From: Deltaproteobacteria bacterium
GTDB taxonomy: Bacteria; Myxococcota_A; UBA9160; SMWR01
DNA length: 55,724 nucleotides
Direction: 5' to 3'
Assembly (NCBI GenBank): GCA_019310425.1
Contig: JAFDEI010000007.1
Span: 1 to 55,724, forward strand
Shown here: in pieces, positions 10,032 to 19,191 of the stretch
Layout: each line of letters begins with the position of its first letter
Numbering within the stretch: position 1 is the first letter of the stretch
Position numbers and translations under genes: made by a program
Notes under the pieces: model-generated
Database searches by the model: none
Seen by the model: the letters and a program-made list of their open reading frames with translations, nothing else
What the model was told of the DNA's origin: nothing

Positions 10032-11618
10032 TCAGATCGACAGACTTTCGATGTGGCGATTGCCCGGATAGATTTCGAATAGCAGCCGCGTGATGACCAA
10101 CGCGGCAAACACGCTCGTCACCACGCCGATCGACAGAGTGACCGCGAAGCCCTTGATCGGCCCGGTTCCGTATTCGAACAGTACGAGCGCGGTGATGATC
10201 GTCGTGAAGTTCGCGTCGAGGATCGTCCAGCGCGCTTTATTGAAGCCGGTGGCGATCCCGGCGCGCGGCAACTTCCCGGCGCGCAACTCCTCGCGGATGC
10301 GTTCGAAGATGATCACGTTCGCGTCGACCGCCATGCCGACCGTGAGCACCAGGCCCGCAAAACCCGGCAGCGTCAGGGTCGCACCGAACAGTGACATGAT
10401 TCCGATGAGCAGGAACAGGTTCGCGGCCAGCGCGATACTCGCGTAGACGCCAGCCATCCGGTAGTAGCCAATCGAGAACACCACGATGAGCAGCAGGCCG
10501 ATCACCGACGCCTTCACACCGCGGTCGATCGAGTCGGCACCGAGTGCGGGGCCCACCGTGCGCTCCTCTTCGATCACGACCGGCACCGACAGCGAACCGG
10601 CGCGCAGCACGACGGCCAGATCGGCAGCCTCCTGCATCGTGAAGCGACCGGTGATCTGGCCGCGGGTGCCAATGCGCGACTGAATGTTGGGCGCGCTGTA
10701 GACCTGCTCGTCGAGGATGATCGCGAGCCGCTCGTTGATATTCTCGGCAGTCAGCTCCGAGAAAATCTTGCCGCCCTTGGCGTCGAATTGAAACTCGACG
10801 ATCGGGCGCTGCTGCCGGTCGAAGCCCACGCGCGCGTCGGTCAGGTAGTCGCCCGTGACGGCGGCGGCGGTCGGCACCAGGTAGGCGGCCAGGACCCGTT
10901 GCGTCTCTTTGTCGCGCTCGAAGATGATCTCGCTGTCGTCGGGAATCGCACCGTCGTGCCGGGCGAGCAGCAGTTCCTCGCTCGGAGCCGTGTCATTGAC
11001 GATCTTGAACTCGAGGAAGCCCGTCACCTTGATGATCTCGCGGGCGCGTGAACGGTCGATCTGGCCGCCCGGGATCTGGATCAGCACACGATCGGTCCCC
11101 TGGCGAGTCACGACCGAGTCCGGAATGCCGCGCACCGGATCGTCGATCCGGCGCCGCAGCACTTCGAGCACCTGCGACATTGCGCGCTGCTCGACCTCCA
11201 GGGTCCAGTCCTTCGACAGCGCGTAGACGATCTGATCCTCGTCGGAGGAAACTTCGACGAGGGAACCCGTTCGTCCGGCCCACTCGCGCACTTTGGCCGC
11301 GTTGGCCTCGGTGAACACCGCAACGGCGAGCTGCTGGTTCTCGGCGTCGACATCGCTGAATTCGAACCCGTCGCGTTCGGCCGCGTCGGTCAGGCTCCCG
11401 GCCAGAAATTCGAGTTCGTGATCGATGGCCGCTTCGAGCTTGACACCGAGGACCCAGTGAATTCCGCCCTGGAGGTCGAGCCCGAGGCGCAGGCCACTGT
11501 CGGGCAACAGCGGGCTTTCGATGCGCCGTTCCTCGGGAACGAAGTTCGCGAGGCTGAAGAACGCAAACAGCGCCACCAATGCCGCGACTGCAATGACCCG
11601 GAACCTGAATCCGCTCAC
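10032..11618 (-). CDS. secD: Protein translocase subunit SecD
   Basis: 528 aa with N-terminal TM, LGLDLQGG motif, large periplasmic domain and a C-terminal 6-TM SecD/F domain (LTLPGFAGLVLTVGMAVDANVIIFERIREE). The GTG start overlaps the yajC stop (GTGA). Confidence 0.92.
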   Translation of the reverse strand: MSGFRFRVIAVAALVALFAFFSLANFVPEERRIESPLLPDSGLRLGLDLQGGIHWVLGVKLEAAIDHELEFLAGSLTDAAERDGFEFSDVDAENQQLAVAVFTEANAAKVREWAGRTGSLVEVSSDEDQIVYALSKDWTLEVEQRAMSQVLEVLRRRIDDPVRGIPDSVVTRQGTDRVLIQIPGGQIDRSRAREIIKVTGFLEFKIVNDTAPSEELLLARHDGAIPDDSEIIFERDKETQRVLAAYLVPTAAAVTGDYLTDARVGFDRQQRPIVEFQFDAKGGKIFSELTAENINERLAIILDEQVYSAPNIQSRIGTRGQITGRFTMQEAADLAVVLRAGSLSVPVVIEEERTVGPALGADSIDRGVKASVIGLLLIVVFSIGYYRMAGVYASIALAANLFLLIGIMSLFGATLTLPGFAGLVLTVGMAVDANVIIFERIREELRAGKLPRAGIATGFNKARWTILDANFTTIITALVLFEYGTGPIKGFAVTLSIGVVTSVFAALVITRLLFEIYPGNRHIESLSI

Positions 11619-11962
11619 GAGTCGTCGTCCTTCCGAGCCGCTTCCTTCCGGCGGCTATCGACCTTGGAGCGGTCGACCTTCACCCGCACGCGCTCACCCT
11701 TGATGTTCGCGATTTCGAGGGTCAGGACGTCGTCCGTCACGCCCGTCACCCGTCCGTGCAGGCCACCGGTGGTCACGATGTCGTCGCCCTTGGCGACGGC
11801 CTTCACCATTGCCTCCTGCTCACGCTGACGCTTCTGCTGGGGACGGATCAGCAGGAAATAGAAAATCACGAAGATCGCCGCCAGCGGGAGGAATTGAACG
11901 AACGGCGGCGGAGCCGCCGGATCTCCCGCTTGTAGCAGTACGAATGCAGGTACGAGGTTCAT
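11615..11962 (-). CDS. yajC: Preprotein translocase subunit YajC
   Basis: This is the last 115 codons of track ORF 11615..13195: ...LPLAAIFVIFYFLLIRPQQKRQREQEAMVKAVAKGDDIVTTGGLHGRVTGV. ATG 11962 overlaps the upstream stop (ATGA). Confidence 0.9.
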   Translation of the reverse strand: MNLVPAFVLLQAGDPAAPPPFVQFLPLAAIFVIFYFLLIRPQQKRQREQEAMVKAVAKGDDIVTTGGLHGRVTGVTDDVLTLEIANIKGERVRVKVDRSKVDSRRKEAARKDDDS

Positions 11963-12846
11963 TGGGCGAAGCCCTCCATCAGCCGGGTTCCCGGGTAGAA
12001 GGATGAGAGAATCTTCCGGTATCGGGCACCACCCTGGGCCATCGCCTGTGCTCCCCACTGGCTCATGCCGACTCCGTGTCCGTGACCGGAACCGACGATG
12101 ATGAAGCCGTCTTCCGACGGTTTGATTTCGAATAGCGTGCTGCGGATCACCGATGCCCCCAACGCCGTGCGTAGCGCTCGAGCCTCGATGACCTCGCTGC
12201 CTTTCTTCCCGCGAACCTGGAGCCTCACTGCCCGCCCGCTCGCCGAGCGCTCGATGACCCGGAATTCCCGAACCGCCCCCACCTCGACTCCGACAGGGGC
12301 CAGAGCGCGCCCCAGTGTCGTCCCTGAGACGGACGCGCGCCAGTAGGTGTCCGGGGAATCTTCCTCGTTCTCCACTTCGACACTCACGAGATACGGGAGA
12401 GACTCCCCCCAGACCTCGTCCGAGGCCGCCGTCCGGCCGCCCGACGCCGAGTGGAAGACCGCGAGAATCGGCGCGCTGCGGTACGCGAGGTACTGGCCCC
12501 GCGTGGCGCGCGCGGCCTTCAGGACCGATGGAGTCTCCGCGTCGAGCCCGCCGTAGACCTGGCTGCCGGTGCCCGCGCCGACGTCGAAGCTTTGCGTGGC
12601 ATTTCGCATCATTTCGTAGAGCACGTAGGTGCGTGTCACCACGGCCTGAGCCTTCAGGGTCTCCGGATGCCAGCTCGGGTAGACCTCCCGGCCGAGCGTT
12701 CCGGCCACATAAGCTTCCAGGCCCACCCGGTTCACGACCGAGATCCCGCCCGCGGTACGCCGCACTTCCAGACGCCCACGAACCCGCGAAGCCGCCGAAG
12801 GCGGCGGGCCGGGCGGGCCGCCAGACATCGCCGACTCGCTTGCCAT
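11959..12846 (-). CDS. SpoIID/LytB-domain protein (catalytic part; no signal peptide in this frame)
   Basis: 295 aa with NRVGLEAYVAGTLGREV, AQAVVTRTYVLY, FHSASGGRTAASDEVWG and GHGHGVGMSQWGAQAMA, a SpoIID-type lytic transglycosylase pattern. This frame is closed by a TGA about 27 nt upstream of its ATG. Confidence 0.85.
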   Translation of the reverse strand: MASESAMSGGPPGPPPSAASRVRGRLEVRRTAGGISVVNRVGLEAYVAGTLGREVYPSWHPETLKAQAVVTRTYVLYEMMRNATQSFDVGAGTGSQVYGGLDAETPSVLKAARATRGQYLAYRSAPILAVFHSASGGRTAASDEVWGESLPYLVSVEVENEEDSPDTYWRASVSGTTLGRALAPVGVEVGAVREFRVIERSASGRAVRLQVRGKKGSEVIEARALRTALGASVIRSTLFEIKPSEDGFIIVGSGHGHGVGMSQWGAQAMAQGGARYRKILSSFYPGTRLMEGFAQ

Positions 12847-13054
12847 CGACGAGGATGCCCCCTCTGGCCGGTTTCACCTTGACCACTCCCCCGCCGTGGA
12901 CCACCCGCACCGCACTCCCCGTTTCCACCAGCTGTACCCGCACGATCGCCTCGGCCCGCTGGGAGACCTCGTCTCCCCAGGCGGGGAGAGCTGCCACCGC
13001 AAGCCAGCCGAGAAACACCGGTCCGAAGCGACCCGACGGCGCCCTGCGCTTCAT
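12809..13054 (-). other. Orphan N-terminal segment (signal peptide plus first beta-strands) of the SpoIID-like protein, in a different frame
   Basis: From ATG 13054: MKRRAPSGRFGPVFLGWLAVAALPAWGDEVSQRAEAIVRVQLVETGSAVRVVHGGGVVKVKPARGGILVDGKRVGD... This lies in the frame of track ORF 11615..13195, offset by one base from the 11959..12846 frame. The lower boundary is approximate. Confidence 0.55.
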
Positions 13055-13127
13055 CGCGTGCGGTGATATCGCATGAACCCACCGTCGGGTCAAGGTTTTC
13101 CGGGTAAGCGAGCGCCCTGCGACGAGC

Positions 13128-14291
13128 CTAACCGGCGTCTCGTGCGATGGCCTCGGCCCGATCGGTCTCCTCCCACGTGAACCCCTGGTCTTCACGACCG
13201 AAGTGGCCGTGGTAGGAGGTCGCGCGGTAGATCGGCCGCCTCAGGTCCAAAGACTCGATGATGCCGCTCGGCGTCAGATCGAAGTGCTTGCGGACGAGAT
13301 GGTCGAGAGCCGCCGTGTCGAGCTTCCCGGTGCCGAAGGTCTCGACCCGGATCGACACCGGCTCGGCCACGCCGATCGCGTACGCGAGTTGCACCTCACA
13401 GCGCTTCGCCACGCCGGCCTTGACCAGGTTCTTCGCAACCCAGCGCGCCGCGTAGGCTGCGCTGCGGTCGACCTTCGACGGGTCCTTGCCCGAGAACGCT
13501 CCACCGCCGTGCCGGCCCATGCCGCCGTAGGTGTCGACGATGATCTTGCGGCCCGTCAGCCCCGCATCGCCCATCGGTCCGCCAACCACGAAGCGGCCGG
13601 TCGGATTCACGTGAAAGATGGTGTCGTCGTCGACGAGGCCTGCGGGCAGCGTCGGACGGATCGCCTTTTCGATGATGTCCTCGCGCAGCCGATCGTGCGA
13701 AACGCTCGGCGCGTGCTGCGTCGACAGCACCACGGCGGAGATTCGCGACGGGCTGTCGCCGTCGTACGCGACGGTGACCTGCGACTTCGCGTCGGGGCGC
13801 AGGTAGTCGAGTTCGCCCGACTCGAGCAGCCCGCGATGGGCCTCGATGAGCTTGTGCGACAGGCGAATCGGCAGCGGCATCAATTCGGGCGTCTCGTCGC
13901 ATGCGTAGCCGAACATCATGCCCTGGTCGCCCGCGCCCTGCTCCTTGTGCAACCCCTCGCCCTCGCTGACGCCCTGCGAGATGTCGGGGGACTGACGACC
14001 GAGCGCGACCGTCACCGCGCAGGTGGCGGCGTCGAAACCCATGTCGGAATCGGTGTAGCCGATGTCGTGCACGACCTGGCGTACCAGAGGCGCAATATCG
14101 ACCGTCGCCGTCGTCGTCACCTCCCCCGCAACCATCACGAGGCCGGTGGTGGTGAGCGTCTCGCAGGCGACGCGCGAATTGGCATCGGCAGCCAGCATCG
14201 AATCGAGGATGGCGTCCGAAATCTGGTCACACATCTTGTCGGGGTGCCCCATCGACACCGACTCAGACGTGAAAAGCGCTTCTTTGGACAT
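13128..14291 (-). CDS. metK: S-adenosylmethionine synthase
   Basis: 387 aa from ATG 14291, with AAGGAG upstream: [30 protein letters not shown]..., [21 protein letters not shown]. The 81-codon N-terminal extension in the track ORF is not MetK-like. Confidence 0.95.
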   Translation of the reverse strand: MSKEALFTSESVSMGHPDKMCDQISDAILDSMLAADANSRVACETLTTTGLVMVAGEVTTTATVDIAPLVRQVVHDIGYTDSDMGFDAATCAVTVALGRQSPDISQGVSEGEGLHKEQGAGDQGMMFGYACDETPELMPLPIRLSHKLIEAHRGLLESGELDYLRPDAKSQVTVAYDGDSPSRISAVVLSTQHAPSVSHDRLREDIIEKAIRPTLPAGLVDDDTIFHVNPTGRFVVGGPMGDAGLTGRKIIVDTYGGMGRHGGGAFSGKDPSKVDRSAAYAARWVAKNLVKAGVAKRCEVQLAYAIGVAEPVSIRVETFGTGKLDTAALDHLVRKHFDLTPSGIIESLDLRRPIYRATSYHGHFGREDQGFTWEETDRAEAIARDAG

Positions 14292-14380
14292 AGGGGAACT
14301 CCTTTGGAACCGCTGAAGACAAGGCAATCTAGGGAAGCCCCGGGTCGGATTCAAACCGCCGCAGGGCGGCCAGCACGCAG

Positions 14381-14662
14381 CTAGCCGGGGAAATGCGCCT
14401 GGGGCGACTCCAGAAAGGCCCCGAGCGCAGTGACGGCACGCTGCGCATCCGGACCGCTGGCCCGGATGCGCAGCAGGCTGCCCGTCTTCGCTCCGAGCGA
14501 CATCAACGAAAGGATGCTGCGGCCGTCGACCCACTCACCGTCGCGACCGACTTCGATCTCGCAGTCGAATTTGCACGCCAGATCGGAGAACAAGGCCGCT
14601 GGTCGAGCGTGAAGCCCTATTTCACCCCGGACGGTGTATTCACGTTCGATCGATTCGGTCAC
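14381..14662 (-). CDS. ptsH: Phosphocarrier protein HPr (NPr-like)
   Basis: 93 aa from GTG 14662: [25 protein letters not shown]... (active-site His in GLHARPA) and [20 protein letters not shown] overlap with the upstream stop. Confidence 0.88.
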   Translation of the reverse strand: MTESIEREYTVRGEIGLHARPAALFSDLACKFDCEIEVGRDGEWVDGRSILSLMSLGAKTGSLLRIRASGPDAQRAVTALGAFLESPQAHFPG

Positions 14663-15069
14663 CGTTCCTCTTCCGGCAGGATCTCGCTGGCGACCTTGAT
14701 GTTGCGCTGGCCGTAGTCCCTGATCATCGGGGCCAGCTCCTCGAGCGGCTTGTCCTCCGTCAGCGAAGCGAGCTTGATCAACATCGGCAGGTTCAAGCCG
14801 GTCACGACCTCGACTCGGTGCTCCTTCATGAACGACAGACTGATGTTCGACGGTGTGCCACCGAACATGTCGGTCAACACCAGCACGCCCATGCCCTGTT
14901 CCGCCGCCCCGAGTTCCCTTGCGATCGCATTGCGCATTTCGTCCACGGACTGTGCCGGGTCGATTGCAACCGTTCTGAAATCCGGCGGCGACGGAACGAT
15001 CTGCTTCAAGGAATTCACGAACTCCCGACCGAGTCCGTGGTGCGTCACCACAATGACACCCACCCTCAT
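14659..15069 (-). CDS. PTS EIIA component, mannose/fructose family
   Basis: 136 aa from ATG 15069: MRVGVIVVTHHGLGREFVNSL... (His in THHG) and VLVLTDMFGGTPSN. ATGA overlap with the rapZ stop. Confidence 0.82.
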   Translation of the reverse strand: MRVGVIVVTHHGLGREFVNSLKQIVPSPPDFRTVAIDPAQSVDEMRNAIARELGAAEQGMGVLVLTDMFGGTPSNISLSFMKEHRVEVVTGLNLPMLIKLASLTEDKPLEELAPMIRDYGQRNIKVASEILPEEER

Positions 15070-15935
15070 CGACTTCTCCCCACGTCCCGATGCTCGACAT
15101 TCACGTCGCGACCTTCCCCACTCATCGCAGCCGCCAGCCCCTCGGCGATCGCGACCGACCGATGGTGCCCACCCGTGCAACCCACGCCAATGGTGAGATA
15201 AGCCTTCCCTTCCTGATCGTAGAGCGGCAGCAGATACCTGCACAAATCCCATAGCCGCTCGAACGCGCCCGCACCGACCTCACTCTCCAATACGTAGCGC
15301 GCCACCTCGGGATCCTGGCCCGAAAGCTCCCTCAGTTCATCTTCGAAGTAGGGGTTTGGCAGGAAACGCACGTCGAACAGCAATTCGGCATTGCTCGGGG
15401 AACCATAGCGGAAGCCGAACGACACGATATTCACGACAGTCGGGCGCGTCCGGCCCGACACGTATTCGACGACCGCAGCCTTCAGCTGGTGGACATTCAA
15501 ATGGGTGGTGTCAATGATCTTGTCGGCCAGCCGAGCGACGTCACCGAGCAGTCGGCGCTCAGCCTCGATCCCATTCTCGACGCTGCCGTCCTCGGCCAGC
15601 GGGTGAACGCGGCGAGTCTCCCGATAGCGGTTCACGACCACGTCGTTGCTCGCTTCGAGAAAGATCAGTTCTACCCGCGGATAACTCTTGCGCAGCCCTT
15701 CGATGACCCGCGGGACCTCGCGCAGGAAGCGCACTTCGCGCGCGTCGATCGCGAGTGCAATCTGCTCGATCGGTGGGACCGCGTTGGCGCACAGATTCAG
15801 AAACTGCGCGATCAGCTGTGCGGGCAGATTGTCGACGCAGTAGAAGTCCTGATCCTCGAGTGCCGCCATCGCCGTGGTCTTGCCGCTGCCGGAAAGGCCA
15901 CTCACGAACACGATCCGGGGGACGGCCTCAGTCAC
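15066..15935 (-). CDS. rapZ: RNase adapter protein RapZ (YhbJ)
   Basis: 289 aa with Walker A VSGLSGSGKTTA, DNLP, and the C-terminal GCTGGHHRSV motif. Confidence 0.9.
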   Translation of the reverse strand: MTEAVPRIVFVSGLSGSGKTTAMAALEDQDFYCVDNLPAQLIAQFLNLCANAVPPIEQIALAIDAREVRFLREVPRVIEGLRKSYPRVELIFLEASNDVVVNRYRETRRVHPLAEDGSVENGIEAERRLLGDVARLADKIIDTTHLNVHQLKAAVVEYVSGRTRPTVVNIVSFGFRYGSPSNAELLFDVRFLPNPYFEDELRELSGQDPEVARYVLESEVGAGAFERLWDLCRYLLPLYDQEGKAYLTIGVGCTGGHHRSVAIAEGLAAAMSGEGRDVNVEHRDVGRSR

Positions 15936-16449
15936 GGTGCATCATCTCCCGTCGCACGCGTTCATCGAGGCTCCGAGCCGCAACCACCCCCTGGGCACGC
16001 CGGAGATGCTCCTTCGCCGCAACCTCGACCACGGTCGCCATGCTGCCGCCCGGGCGCGCCGGCAGCGTCAAGGTCGGTAGCGAGACGCCGTCCAACTCCT
16101 CGTGCGGCCGATCGAGCCCGACGCGTTCGTACTCGAGGCCCTCACGCCACTTCACGAGGCGGCAAACCAGGTCGACTTCCATCGCCTCGCGGACCGCGTC
16201 GTGGCCGAACAGCTCCGGCACCGACACGAGGCCAAGTCCGCGGATCTCCATGAAGAAGCGGATCCGCTCGGGCGCGGTGCCGACCAGACGACCGCCCTGC
16301 CGACATCGAACTTCGAGGACATCGTCGGCGACCAGGCGATGGCCGCGCGACAGCAGCTCCAGCGCACACTCGCTCTTCCCGATTCCGCTGGGCCCGAGCA
16401 GAAGCGTCCCTACGCCGTGGACATCGAGAAGGGACCCGTGAAGCATCAT
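15928..16449 (-). CDS. hprK: HPr kinase/phosphorylase, short form (catalytic C-terminal domain only)
   Basis: 173 aa: HGSLLDVHGVGTLLLGPSGIGKSECALELLSRGHRLVADD, then EIRGLG. It lacks the N-terminal domain found in the Firmicute enzyme. Confidence 0.85.
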   Translation of the reverse strand: MMLHGSLLDVHGVGTLLLGPSGIGKSECALELLSRGHRLVADDVLEVRCRQGGRLVGTAPERIRFFMEIRGLGLVSVPELFGHDAVREAMEVDLVCRLVKWREGLEYERVGLDRPHEELDGVSLPTLTLPARPGGSMATVVEVAAKEHLRRAQGVVAARSLDERVRREMMHRD

Positions 16450-16468
16450 GCAGGGGGCCTCGCTTGGT

Positions 16469-16930
16469 CTAGAGCGCTGCGTCCTCTTCTTCGATCGCGC
16501 GGATCACCTCTTCGAGGCTCTCGGCGTCAACCAGGCACTGGCGGAAGGCTGCGTTGCGGAAGAAGCGTGAGATGCGCGCCAGGGCCTTCAGATACTGGCC
16601 GCCGGAGTGTTCCGGGACGACCAGCAGAAAGAAATGGTGAGTCGGCTGGCCGTCGATGGACTCGAAATCGACGCCCTCGCTGCTGCGCGCAAAGGCCGCG
16701 ACGAGCCGGTCGAGACCGGGCATTTTCCCGTGGGGAATCGCGACCCCCTCACCGATCCCGGTGCTCTGGAGCGCCTCGCGCTCGAGCAGGACCTCGAGCA
16801 GGCGATCGGCCTCGATCCGAGGCTCGACCTTGGCCAAGGCCGCCGCCATCTCCGCCAGCACGTCCCGTTTCGTCTGAACGCCGAGATCAAGGATCACGGC
16901 GTCCTTGACGAGGATGTCCATGATGTTCAT
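16469..16930 (-). CDS. ptsN: PTS IIA-like nitrogen regulatory protein PtsN (EIIA-Ntr)
   Basis: 153 aa with STGIGEGVAIPHGK (phosphorylatable His) and the expected position directly downstream of rpoN. Confidence 0.88.
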   Translation of the reverse strand: MNIMDILVKDAVILDLGVQTKRDVLAEMAAALAKVEPRIEADRLLEVLLEREALQSTGIGEGVAIPHGKMPGLDRLVAAFARSSEGVDFESIDGQPTHHFFLLVVPEHSGGQYLKALARISRFFRNAAFRQCLVDAESLEEVIRAIEEEDAAL

Positions 16931-16958
16931 CGAGGTCCCTCGTTCAAGCCGACTGAGG

Positions 16959-18455
16959 CTAGCCGACCTGGCGGCGTTTGGTTGATGAAAGGAGATTCAT
17001 CGACTCGCGATATTTGGTGACCGTGCGGCGCGCAATGTCGATATTAGCGACCTTCAGCATCTCCGCGATTCGCTGGTCCGACAATGGCCGGCGCGGGTCC
17101 TCGTTGACGATCAAGCGACGAATTCGCGCCTTCACGCTCTCGCTCGCGACCGCCTCGCCCTCGACCCGATTGATGCTCGAATTGAAGAAATACTTCAACT
17201 CGAAGATGCCTTGCGGCGTGTGAACGTACTTGTTCGTGGTCACCCGGCTGACCGTCGACTCGTGCATCTCGATGTCGTCGGCGACATCGCGCAGGTTCAA
17301 CGGCTTCAAATAGTTGATGCCTCGCTCGAAGAAACCACGCTGGTGCTTGATGATGCTCTCCATCACCTTGTAGATGGTCCGTTGTCGCTGATGGATCGAT
17401 TTGATCAACCACAACGCCGACCGCACCTTGTCGTGGACATAATCCTTGGTGTCCTTCGAAACGGCGCCCTGGCCCTTCTTCGCGAGAACGTCCTTGTAGA
17501 GACCGTTGATACGCAGCCGCGGCAAGCCATCGTCGTTGAGTACGACGTGGAACTCGTCGCCGATCTTGTAGACGTAGATGTCGGGTGTGATGTAGACGGG
17601 TTCGTCGCCACCGAAGCCGCGCCCGGGGCGCGGCTCGAGCCGGCCGATCACGGTCGCCGCCGCCGCAACCTCCTCGATCGTGATGCCGAGTTGCTTCGCA
17701 ACACCGCGGAAGTCTCGTTTGATCAGCCGATCGAGGCTTTCCTCCATGATGCACGACACGATCGGATCGTCGATCTCGAGCGCGCGCAACTGGATCGTGA
17801 GGCATTCTTTCAAGTCCCGAGCTGCCACACCGGCCGGGTCGAGACCGTGGATCTTCGCGAGCGTGCGCTCGACCACCTCCAGCGCGACACCCGCCTGCCG
17901 AGCAATCTCGTCGATCGTCGAGCGTAGATAGCCGCGATCGTCGAGATTTCCGATGATGACGTTCGCCGCAACCTGCTCGTCTAGCGGCAGGGTAGACATC
18001 TGAAGCTGCCACTCGAGATGATCAGCCAGCGTCGGGCGGCGGGACATCGTGCTTTCGAACGACGGACGGTCGTCGGGGCTTACGGCTTCGCGAATTCCCG
18101 TTTGTGGATTCGAATTCATGTAGTCCTGCCACTCGAGGTCGGCGACCTTCTCGGCGTCCGTCGGCTCGCGTTCGGCCCCGGCCTCGAGCCCTTCCGCGGG
18201 GCCGGCGTCGGCGGCAGCACTCGCGGCAGCGTCGGTTTCCGCGGTGGCTTCGTCGCCGCCGCCCTCACCACCCTGCGAATCGGTTTCGTCGCCTTCGAGA
18301 ACCTCTTCGAGAACCGGGTTCTCCTGGAGTTCCTGCTGAACCAAGCCCACCAGCTCGAGGCGGTTGAGCTGAAGCAGCTTGATCGCCTGCTGCAGCTGGG
18401 GCGTCATCACCAGCTGCTGGGTGAGCTTTAGTTGTTGTCTCAGTTCAATGGCCAC
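16959..18455 (-). CDS. rpoN: RNA polymerase sigma-54 factor
   Basis: 498 aa: N-terminal LKLTQQLVMTPQLQQAIKLLQL, an acidic linker, and the C-terminal RpoN box ARRTVTKYRE. Confidence 0.95.
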   Translation of the reverse strand: MAIELRQQLKLTQQLVMTPQLQQAIKLLQLNRLELVGLVQQELQENPVLEEVLEGDETDSQGGEGGGDEATAETDAAASAAADAGPAEGLEAGAEREPTDAEKVADLEWQDYMNSNPQTGIREAVSPDDRPSFESTMSRRPTLADHLEWQLQMSTLPLDEQVAANVIIGNLDDRGYLRSTIDEIARQAGVALEVVERTLAKIHGLDPAGVAARDLKECLTIQLRALEIDDPIVSCIMEESLDRLIKRDFRGVAKQLGITIEEVAAAATVIGRLEPRPGRGFGGDEPVYITPDIYVYKIGDEFHVVLNDDGLPRLRINGLYKDVLAKKGQGAVSKDTKDYVHDKVRSALWLIKSIHQRQRTIYKVMESIIKHQRGFFERGINYLKPLNLRDVADDIEMHESTVSRVTTNKYVHTPQGIFELKYFFNSSINRVEGEAVASESVKARIRRLIVNEDPRRPLSDQRIAEMLKVANIDIARRTVTKYRESMNLLSSTKRRQVG

Positions 18456-18459
18456 GTCG

Positions 18460-19191
18460 TCATCCGAGCTGGAAGTCTTCGCCGAGATAGATCTCGCGAA
18501 CCTGCGGGTCGTCTGCCACTTCCTCGGGCGTACCGTGCTTGATGATCGTCCCGTCCTTGATGATGTAGGCGTCGTCGCAGATCTTCAGTGTCTCGCGCAC
18601 ATTGTGGTCGGTGATGATCACGCCGATCCCGCGTTCTTTGAGCTGATCGACCATCTTGCCGATGTCGATCACCGCAATCGGGTCGATTCCCGCGAATGGT
18701 TCGTCCAGTAGCATGAACTTCGGGTCCAGCACCAACGCCCTCGTGATCTCGACGCGACGGCGCTCTCCGCCGGAGAGCGTGTCGCCCCTTCTGTTGGCCT
18801 TTTCGGTCAGACCGAGCTCCGCCAGGAGTTCCCGCAGCCGTTCCCGACGCACGGTTCGGCTCGGCTCGACGGTTTCGAGGATTGCGTTGACGTTGTCCGC
18901 GACGGAAAGCTTTCTGAAAATCGAGGGTTCCTGCGGAAGATACGTAATGCCGAGGCGCGCCCGGCGGTACATCGGCAAGTCGGTGATCTCGGTATCGCCG
19001 AGGAAAACCTGCCCGCCGGACGGCCGGATCCCCCCAGCCATCATGTTGAAAGTGGTGGTCTTGCCGGCACCGTTCGGGCCGAGCAAGCCGACCACCTGCG
19101 CGGGCCGGACCGTCAAATCGACGGAGTGCACGACCTCCCGATCGCCGTAGCGCTTGGTCAGCCCCGTACCCATCAACAAGCTCATCGGCAC
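18460..19191 (-). CDS. lptB: LPS export ABC transporter ATP-binding protein LptB
   Basis: 243 aa with Walker A GPNGAGKTT, signature LSGGERRR and Walker B LLDEPFAG. It sits in the canonical position between lptA and rpoN. Confidence 0.9.
   Translation of the reverse strand: MPMSLLMGTGLTKRYGDREVVHSVDLTVRPAQVVGLLGPNGAGKTTTFNMMAGGIRPSGGQVFLGDTEITDLPMYRRARLGITYLPQEPSIFRKLSVADNVNAILETVEPSRTVRRERLRELLAELGLTEKANRRGDTLSGGERRRVEITRALVLDPKFMLLDEPFAGIDPIAVIDIGKMVDQLKERGIGVIITDHNVRETLKICDDAYIIKDGTIIKHGTPEEVADDPQVREIYLGEDFQLG

Noticed and set aside
11963-12808. Middle part of track ORF 11615..13195 (526 aa) as a single large protein
   Set aside because: Only its last 115 codons (YajC) and its segment from ATG 13054 (SpoIID signal-peptide region) look like real protein. 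The middle is Arg/Gly/Pro-rich and overlaps the SpoIID catalytic ORF in another frame.
14292-14380. Possible tRNA fragment (ggattcaaacc resembles a T-loop) or SAM riboswitch in the metK 5' region
   Set aside because: No acceptor, D or anticodon arms can be drawn around the T-loop-like 11-mer. The 89-nt leader is too short for SAM-I, and I see no SAM-II/V-type AAAGCU pseudoknot signature. Only a weak 5-bp hairpin + TTT is present, perhaps a ptsH terminator.
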